From the NCBI GenBank assembly GCA_030141605.1, contig JAQGDQ010000006.1, positions 1,731,580 to 1,795,579 on the forward strand: a stretch of 64,000 nucleotides of DNA, in the 5' to 3' direction. Source of the stretch: Tubiluchus corallicola (taxonomy: Eukaryota; Animalia; Priapulida). Positions 54,264 through 64,000 of the stretch are shown piece after piece. The position numbers and the translations under genes were made by a program. Each line of letters starts with the position of its first letter. Position 1 is the stretch's first letter. The notes beneath the pieces are model-generated. The model was not told where the DNA came from. It made no database searches and saw only the letters and a list, made by a program, of their open reading frames with translations.

Positions 54264-57200
54264 TCTAAATCATGGAATCGTACTTAATCTGATTGCTTTA
54301 TCACAGTGTTGCCATTCTGGTTGATAAAGATTATTGTTTTGGAGGCTAAAAATTATAGTATTTTCCACCATATTATCGCATTTTCATGCAAAATTCAAAA
54401 TTACTGTGTATTTGCAGCAAATTATTATTATCATTGTATAATTATGCATTTAATAAGTAACCATAACACCAAAAAGTACCATTAGCAAGTGTAAAATTAA
54501 GTTTATCAAAACACAATAGAATGTTGCTAATTCCTGCATGTGCAGAACGAAGCCTGATCGTTGTCATCATGGCCATTTGACAACTATGAATGGCCCCTTT
54601 AAACTGATTAACTGTAACTGCTTCCCTTTGAGGTAAACCATTCCACAGATCCTATGACTGATAAAAAATTTCGTAATATAAAATTTATTCTTTAATTTTT
54701 ACCGTTTGTTAAACTACTCTCTTTTGAAATTACTGCTGTTTTCTGAAAACTGTTACCACTAATTTGCAACCAGCATGGTTTGAACTACAACAAAATCAAA
54801 ATTTATTTACATTTCCACGGTAAGCAGTAATGTATTTTCATATCTAAATTATCCTGTAATTATCTGTTATCATACAGTCTGTTTTTTTGTATGGTATGAA
54901 GCATCAAATTATCGTATATTCGAATAAATTTCATATAAAAAGCAACCCTGTTTATCATTTTCATGTCAGGTAAGTGCTAGAAAATAGAACGAAGGTAGAC
55001 TGTAGCAGTGTGTAGTTAATATAAAAAAGAGTTCCTTTAAGGGAAAATAGAATGGTGTATAATGTTCTCTTATGATCAGTGATTATTTTATCATTTTTAT
55101 GTTTTTATTTAGAAATGCTCCTTTTAAGGGAAAATTAAAATAAGCTTTTAGCATGTAATGGACTGAGTGGAATTCTGAAATAGTGTTGTTCCCTATAATA
55201 ATTTTACAATTTTAGTCAAAGGATTATGTGCAGTTTTAATAGAAATATTATTTTATGTTCTATGCACTAAGTGGGATGGACGTTTTTGTTGTTGTTGATA
55301 TACACTATCTTTTCTCTATATACCAGCTAGAACTACACCACTATTGTTATGCATTTGGGAAGTTTTACTTATGGACCAAAGTTGACCTTGCCTTTTTTGC
55401 CCATTTCTGAAGTTAATTATTGTAGGTTTTATATTTTAGAATTTAAATGTGCCACATTGTTCCTTTATTAGGGTAGAGGATTGAGTAATATTTTATCAAT
55501 TGTGCCAAATAAATTATCTTGTTCTCGCTTAAAGCGGCTTAGGACTATAATAATGGTGGTTATATGCGCCATGCAGTTTCTATATTTGAATGAAAATACA
55601 GCATTATTTTGTTAATTGTGCCAAATGAGTTAATACGTTTCTGCTTAAAGTGGATTATCAAGTTACTGCTGTGTTATTTGATTACAGTAATTTTTGTGGC
55701 TTTATAAATCGTGGACCAAGTCCACATTAAGATGAAATTATATTTTTTGTAAACAGGATGAAACAGGATAGGAAATAAGTTAACAGGTTTCTGCTTAAAG
55801 CAGATTACCAAGTTACAGATGCACTAAGCTATACTTTTTGATTACAGTCATATTTATAGCTGTATAAATCGTGGATTGAATAATTAAAATGAAATTATTT
55901 TCGTTTCTTTAATGAGATTATTCTTGTTTATTTAAACTTTAACTATGTTTCTGTGTTACAATAAATGAACTCAAAGCAGAAAATGCAGTTCCTTATATGT
56001 TTAAATTCCTGGCAAGAATAAGGGGGCATTTTATAGTACAATTCTAATGTTGTATATGTTAGATATCATGAAGCAATATCAATTTATCAGAATAGCTCAT
56101 TGCCACACACTTAAGATTTCTGGAAGTCAGTGATCAAAAGTTATATTACTGCATATTTTATTTAATAAAAACTTTAATTTGCAAACAATATGCAGCCAGT
56201 AATATGCTAGAATCTTGCTTGTTTCTCTTGTCACATCAAACTCGCATGTACACAATCTCTAAGAACACTTAAATTGTTGCATGAGGTCTGTCTCAACAGT
56301 AAGAACAGCTACATGTGGGAGTTTTCTATATAATAGCTTACAATAACTGTACGATAAAATGATTTACTATTACCAGTTGACAGAGTACCACAATGTATAG
56401 AAATGAACAAGTGAACTCATAAGATATCATACTAAGTGCAGGTGATGCTACTCATTGTATAATAAATAAAAATTGGAAAAAGTCAAAAAGTTGATAAATC
56501 TTGTTGCTGTCTCATTTGATGTGACTTATCAAATGCACTTTCACTGTTTCCTTCATGCACTTTACTTAATCACAGCCTCTTTTTGTTGTTAGCTGATGTT
56601 ATTTTTCCGTAATTTGTTGTGATTTTTGTTATACAGTCATGCAATTTGTTTTGTTTTTTTACAGAAGAAGTGGTAGTTTGTTAACATTCTACTTTATTTA
56701 ATCTCATTTTAGGTGTCTGTTTATGTGCATAATACATATTTATGGTAAAGTTTTTTCGTATTAGGCTGCTTATTGACAAATAAGAGAAATGCTCACCTAC
56801 TATGCAAGCAATTATTTAAGTCTTGCTAAAATTAATAAATGAACAATCACAGCAATTTATCGTTAAAAAAATTAACATTGTTAATACTTTTGTGGTGTGT
56901 GGTGTCTGATATGAGAGTCGTCGTAAATACGCTGTCAACGCGTTGCCAAACGATCGGTTTTCCTGTTGAAGATATCCCGTTGTGGGATGTGTGAAAAAGT
57001 GGGATGCATCGTGAGGGATATTTTAAATTTGAGTGATATAAACAAAATTGGTAGGTTTGCAATACAGATAAGGCTGAACCTCTTACAGTCAGTTATGATA
57101 CCAGTGATTTATAATACAGAAACATGGAGTGAAGTAACAAAAGTAGAAATGGGTAGGATGGAAGAAATTCAGAAGGATATGTTACAAAAACTAGTATTAT

Positions 57201-59601
57201 CACAGAAGGTGTCAACTAGTTATAGGGGTATGCTAATAGAACATTGTACATAAGTATATGCTGTAGGTATACAGTTTGTACATATAAAGACTCTTAAAAA
57301 GTCAGCCTGGAAGAAACGTGTAAAAGAAAACGTAAAAAAATTATTAAAATTACTGCACATCACCAGATATACTCAAGAACTAAGTTAAGGTTCTTATCTT
57401 ATGAGCTGAGCATGATAAACCCAAGCAGTATATAACTGAGTTAACACTAGAACAGACAAAAAGGGTTTTAGAGATAAAGCTTAATATGCTACCACTAAAA
57501 TGTAATTATAGAAGTAAGTTTAAAGGAGATATATGGTGTCCGCTATGTGGTAAAGACAGAGGATCTATTCAGACGGTTATAAGAAATGTGCTACCAACTA
57601 CAGAAGTAAATTTCCAAAGTCTGATTGAGTCAGAAGATGCACAAATAGCAAAGCAGTAGGTGGAATTTGTTCAAATAGCAATGGAAACAAGAAAAAGAAG
57701 AGGTGTCGTGCTGGGAATTTAGCCAAAATAGTAACAGTCATAAATGGTTGATTAACATCAATGCTGATTACGTTACTTGTGTCTTGCGCGATAATATTCC
57801 TTTGTGCCTATCTAACCAGATAGAGTTAACACCGAGGAAACAACGAAACAACATGTGCTTACTGGAGAACCGCAACTGCAGCGACATGACATAGAGGAAG
57901 TTGAGGAACTGCAAGATGTAAAATGTACAACACTCATCGTATAGAAAAATATAATCTTAAAGTGAACAATACAAAGACCAAAGAATACGTTATACCCACT
58001 GCTAATTTAAACATCAACAATTCTTCCTAAATATCTTTTAATGACACAGATAAAGTCAAGGAATACATTATTTAAAAATGTGTATAGTTACCAGTCTCAT
58101 GAAGAAGTGAAACAGCTTTATACAAATTGGGCAAATTTTCCAGGATTTCAAACATGTGGTGTAGATGAAATTGATAAAATGCATCTGAATTGCATATTAA
58201 AAGAATTTTGTAATAAACTTAAATCAATGTACAGAAAACTATTTTTTACAAAGCTACATAATGATCCTAGACACAGTGATGGCAAAAACAAACTAAGATT
58301 TTATAGATATGTAAAAATCAGTAATGAATTAGAAGATTATTTCAAAATTATTTCTAATGAGAAACAGCGACAAATGATTACGAAATTACGTAACAGCGAA
58401 TATGACCTGGAAATAGAATGATTTAGATATCAAAATAAAAAAGGGCGTGAAAGGCTTTGTCAATACTGTCACAACAATAGCTCAAAATTAGTAGAAAACA
58501 AATTATATTACCTTTTTACTTGTCTTTTGTATAAAGATATTAGACAAAAATATGAGCATAAATATATCTTTGCAAAAAGGTAACATATACTCAGTAATGT
58601 GGTTTTTTTCTAATTGCAAACCCAGAAGACCTTATTCACTTTGGAAACTGCTTAAATGAATGTGATAAAAAAGGCAGTTATATCTTGGTGGTAATCTGTG
58701 AGTGCTGGATAAACCTTGTGCTGTGATTGTGTAATTTAATCTCGTTTGTGATTATATTAATTATTTAGGTTTTGTGTTTTTACTACTACTTTGTAGTTGT
58801 AGCATAAAGTTTTATTTCATAAGAGCACATAATTTCTTATTAGATTTAAGTAAGTTGTACAAACTCGTGGTTTTGCAATGTTGCATAATTGCATCTGTAT
58901 TTGTTGTTTTTCGTGTTTCTTGTACTTTGACTTTTTTGCAATTGTAATTTTTTGCCATGATACGCTATTGTATTTGTGCAATAGAACAAAATTGAAATTG
59001 AAGATGCGGTAATGATTCGTGGAAAAGATGTAAATAACTTGGTAACTTGTAAGACACCGATGCCCACATACAAAGAAGGAAAATTCTTAAATTGTCTGCT
59101 TATTCACATATCTCAATGATTTTTGATAACAATAGACTTTCTCTTGAAACCAGAGTCCGGATTCTTTCAACTTTAGTTGAATCTGTGTTTTTGTACACTG
59201 CTGAGCTATGGACAATAAAAGTTAAGCAACAGAAGGACAGTTGATGCTTTTCGAAGACGTCTCTATAGGAAATTACTCGCAATTAAATCGCCTGATAGAA
59301 TATCCAATGATGATCTGTATAATGCAGTCAAGAAGATTCCTGGTAGTAGACAAATACAAGTAAGAAAATTGCTTTGGATTGGGCACACACTAACAGTAAG
59401 ATTACCTCCTCTTCCTATGGTATTGCATAAAGCTCTTGAAACGACAAAAAACCAAGAGGCTGTCAACTAGGCTGACGTATTTAGGTTTTTGGTACAGATT
59501 TATGATCTAACATGTACATTAGGCAATTTGATACAGACATCATACTATATTCAAAATTTGTAGCTGCATATTTGCCATTAGTTTCTACTCAACAGACCAA
59601 G

Positions 59602-62600
59602 ATGACAAGTTTAAATAAGGGATGCACTTTGCCTTTATATGTGGTGGATGCTTTCACAAGCCAGGCATTTGCTGGAAATGCTGCTGCTGTATGTCTAGTG
59701 TCACACAATCAGGTAAATTAATGATGATCTGTCATTAACAAACTTTTCGTCTTAATTTGTTTTCAGCTATTTTTATTGCACTGTTCTTCACTGCAAATAA
59801 CTTGTGGTCCTGTAGCACAAACTCAGTCAATGTATGTGTCTTAATCGCACTCTTATTTATGTAAAGATATGAGTTTTTAACTACTAACTGATAATGTTTT
59901 TGTTATTTATTTATGTGATTAACTCAATGAATTAACTGTGTTACAATAAATAAATCATTATATTATAATATTTAAATCGCAGGCTTGCATAATAAAAATC
60001 ACTGGTTTATTTTTAGAAATATTGAAACAAATTTAACAAGTTAGTTGAAAACAAAAGTGTCCATTTAGTCACAGCTGAAATCAATTTGTAATCAATTAAA
60101 CTTATAACATCAGTCATAATAATGTCAGGATAATGGTGACTGTGCCTTTAAGTTATGTTTGTATTTGGATCTATTATAATAGTAGGTGTTTTTCATGAAG
60201 ATTTAGTATAATTTTAAGTGACAATTACAATGAGTATCAATGCAGAAAATGCATTTTGTTGTTGTTGTTGTTGTTGTTTCCGTTTCTACGGAGGCTTTGT
60301 AGTTTCTTTCTGCAATTCGAATAGATATTCTGAGTATTATTTGAACTGTACAAAACAGGAGATATGTTATATGTTCAAAATCTATTCCAAACAGTCCGAA
60401 GGCTGTGTTGTTTTTATTAGTTGAATTGTGGTGTAATCTGCATTTCTTGGGTTATATTATTAAATGGCTGTAGACATTGTGATGTATATAGTCATTCGGT
60501 TATTCTATTTTAGGTAATCGACGATGCAAAAATGCAAAAAATTGCTTTCGAAATGAACTTGTCGGAAACCTGTTTCATTGCACTGCCAACAGAAAACGAT
60601 TCGTTCAAGAATTCTTCCCGGTTTGGCCTGCGATGGTTTACCCCTGCCTGTGAAATCCAACTGTGTGGTCATGCCACTCTTGCTGCTGCCACGGTGCTTT
60701 TCTCTTGTGTTGGTAAGTTTGCTAAGCAGGACAGAAATGTAAATCTAGAAGCTGAACCTGAGTCAGTGCTACTACATCAGCTGACACTCACAGTAAATCA
60801 GCCAGCTGGAGTTCACCATTAAGAATGACAGATTTTGATTCTTATGTCCTGCAGCAACAATTTAGCGTTAGTTTGAATAGTTTTATTTGTGAACTGGCTT
60901 AAGTGATTCGACAGCACACCCCTTTATATGCCATATATCTCTCTATATCTCTCATATTTTATGTACTCACAATGTTAAAAAAAATCTCCTGGCTTATAAT
61001 CTGGCAACTCTAGCAATGGATTTATTGCAAATATAATTTAAATCCAACCCTTGGCAAGGCTTATCTGGATTACCAACAAATCAATACTAAAATACCAAAA
61101 TGATCCAATACGTGTGGCTAATGTTGCCTATTTGTGCATTTTATTTAATTTTGAATTGACTGCTTTCTCATTCAAATATTTCTGAAGTTTAGTATCTCTG
61201 CCAGCACACGTACAATATGACCGCATTGCGACCAGTGATTTCATCATCATCATAAGCCCGTTATGTCAATTGTAGACATTGGGCAGGCAGAACTCTAAAA
61301 TAAAAGAAATCTGCCCTCAAAACAGGTAAACACAGCAGTAATCTAGCAAAAAAACTGGACACTGCTATGCCAGTGACTTGTTCGCAAGAGCAAAAATCTT
61401 CACAGCTGGCAAAAATGTCAGCTACCTCGACTTCCGTCACCGAGCGGCTGGCACGACTAAAGCTGGGTTTCTTATCTGCTAGGTCGCCTGTAGAAATAAA
61501 CCGACTGGAGCTGAGCTGAAGCGGTATGGCTCTGGCTTCTATGTCGATCCCTTAAGTATTTTTCACGTTGTCTTGAAAATCAGGGAGTTTTTATTTGCCA
61601 ACCTAATACCAAACGAATTCACTGTGAATTTATTTGTGTGCTAATGCGTTTACTTCAAATAAGCTTCCATGCAGTTTTGCTTTTTTTCTTCTATTGTTTT
61701 TTTAGATTGTGTGCCTTTTTTGCATTTTAGGACTTAAAGCATTCCGCTGTTTTCAGTTCTCATCATATTTGGCATTTTCTTAGGAGACTGTCAGCTTTCC
61801 CTTCTTTTCATCTGCACTTTAAAAAATTGGAAAAGGAAAATAGTGCCTGTTAACCATATTCTAAACCATATTCTATTCCAATAATGAAATTACAATTAGG
61901 CATTGCAATATTTGATTGTATTGCTAATCCACTAATGCTACGATTAGGCTCTAAATATTTGTGAAATTGATAATCATTATGATAGGGGGGTCTGAAATTA
62001 AAAGGCAGCTAGTGAATATATCTACAGCTATGTAAATTATTACAGGTAACGAATTTACAGAGATTACATTTGATACGCTAAGTGGACCACTTGTTGCCAG
62101 AAAAAAAGAGGACAATTTTATTCTGCTAGATTTTCCTGCTAATCCAACTATTAGTGTTAACAAGGAAAATGTTAAAGATCTTTTAAAGGTACCTACTGTT
62201 TTGAATGACCTGTAAAACAAGTTTGCCTGGGTTTTTGTTGTAAGTAATTTTATCATTGAAGCTTTTAGCAGGTAGGTGGTTGACAGTTTGGAAGACATTC
62301 TGACGCCTTGGTATATTTATGTATTTTAGGAAATTTCCGGCGTTACTTGTTTTAACTGTGTGTGCTGGCCATGTTTTTCAAATGTATCATATGGGCTGTT
62401 TTTTTTTGGCCAATAGCTAAATTGCATCTTTGCACAGACTTTTTTGAAGGCATATTACTTAGTATTATCTTACTTGTATTACTTAGTATTACGCTTTCTT
62501 GCCTGCAATACTCATGTAAATAGAAAAGACACATTTTCTAGCTTTATGTAAGTAAAGGGCTTTCTTGCCTTTTATGACAATTTTTTGGTGTTTTAATTAA

Positions 62601-63519
62601 TCCTATTCAGTTTTCGAATTTGCCTGAAGAGGGGAGACAGCATGAGAGGAACATGGAAACTATTCAAAGGTGGGACGGGGGTGGGGGGGGGTGGGGGGTT
62701 ACAGTAATGGTGGCAGTGAAGCACTTGCTGTTACTTTAATGTTTCTTTTTACTGGCTGTTACACACACGTGCATGCACGCACGCGCACACACACACCCAC
62801 ACACACGCACTGTTACATAATATAGTAAAATATATCATATCACTCTTTTCGGTGATTCTAGATTGCATAGCACTCCTACAATAGGACTAGTTGAAGTTTA
62901 GCAAACAACTATCACAATTACTAACCTGACATTCTGTGCATTAAATTTAGAAATCCACAGATTAAAGATACGAGACAATGCCGCTATGATAAAACTAAGG
63001 GTGCATTCAGACTAGCGAGTTTTCTGTTGGGAGTTTTTCTCTAACACCAAACTTGCAAGTGTGAACTGCTTTGCGAGTTACTATCGACAAGTCATTGCAC
63101 ACTTTCAGACAGTTGCTACGAAATGATTTCCTGTTTAGTGTGAACAGTCTCAGCGAGTTACTCTTGACACGGCTCCCAGTGAATAGAGGAGGAGTATCAG
63201 CTGGTGCTTACTTCATGTTGGAGAATTTTGTTCTTTAGTCTGAACGTGCTTGCGAGTTACTTGGCGAGAAAATTTGTTAGTATGAATGCTTCATTACTCT
63301 CAAAAGCAGTGCGACAAAATATCAACATTCTTGCAACAGTCAAGTCATCTAAATTCTTCTTTGTAAAAAGTATTTTGGTCCGAACTTTAATACACTGTAG
63401 AATCTTATGTGAATGTTTTTTATAATACAGGTACTTGTTGGAGATTTACCTATTGTTGATGTGGAGTATGCTCCTGTTATACAACAAATGATTGTGTGTC
63501 TTCAAGATTCTGTGTCCAG
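59602..63519 (+). CDS. PBLD: PhzF/PBLD family protein, copy 3 (exons 1-4; the rest lies beyond the window)
   Basis: join(59602..59712,60514..60712,62046..62188,63431..63519). By eye identical to copy 2 exons 1-4. Confidence 0.88.
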
Positions 63520-64000
63520 GTGTGCATGTTGATAATTTTTTATTTGGTTTGTCGTGTGTCATTCGTTTTGCACTTTTCATTAGCTTTCATGTTATTATAC
63601 ATACTATAAAATTGCTGCAAATTGTACAAATCTGCAATTAATCTCTATTTCTATGAAGTGTGTTTGTGTATGTTTGTTTATTTGTTTGCTATAAAGTCCT
63701 GTTTTACTTATTTAACTTCAAATTTGGTCTATTAAGTTGCTAATACATCACACTCCCCATTGAATTATGGGATATGTACAGTTATGTGTAGAAATCAATT
63801 AACAAAAGCTGAAGACAGTCTACTTTTTAACTTTTGGCAGGAGCTCTACTTACATGAAAAAGAATTTAAAATACACTATGTTTCAGTCCATTGTTGGGTT
63901 CAAATTCTGATTGGATGAAAATTTTTCATTGTCTCATTCTTCATTCATTAGTCATTGATGTTATTATTGTTGTAAGTATAAGGCTTCATGTGTGTGTGTG

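Larger units (their letters stand above)
22952..64000 (+). repeat. Tandem segmental duplication: three units (about 22952-41492, 41493-55917, 55918 to beyond 64000), each with one PBLD-like gene
   Basis: TTATTCTTGTTTATTTAAACTTTAACTAT... begins at 22952, 41493 and 55918. Exons, introns and embedded MITEs are collinear between units. Confidence 0.93.

Noticed and set aside
29422-63519. Horizontally transferred bacterial phenazine biosynthesis cluster
   Set aside because: The genes have spliceosomal introns and resemble animal PBLD; no other phz genes are present.

Overview
AT-rich, intron-containing animal (invertebrate-like) genomic DNA, with all recognisable host genes on the + strand. (1) 5744-19569 is the 3' half of a calcineurin A catalytic-subunit gene (PPP3C family); its earlier exons lie upstream of the window. 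It carries TWO homologous calmodulin-binding-domain exons (13714-13813 and 16544-16631) with identical splice phases, so including both breaks the frame. This looks like an old, selected, mutually exclusive exon pair. Candidate 3-nt and 9-nt microexons are also present. (2) From about 22952 to the window end is a tandem array of three PBLD/PhzF-family genes. Copies 1 and 2 are complete 7-exon, 296-aa ORFs; copy 3 is cut by the window edge. Copy 1 keeps an open frame but has lost the PhzF-family catalytic Glu (LSETC to LPITG). It alone has a solo LTR carrying heat-shock elements, a CRE and a TATA box about 95 bp before its ATG, a second solo LTR after its stop, and a truncated THAP/P-element in intron 4. 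(3) The rest is LINE fragments (some nested), MITEs, a tRNA-derived SINE and micro/minisatellites. Most long ORFs in the supplied track are repeat-derived or antisense artefacts. All calls come from reading and hand-translating the sequence; no searches were run.
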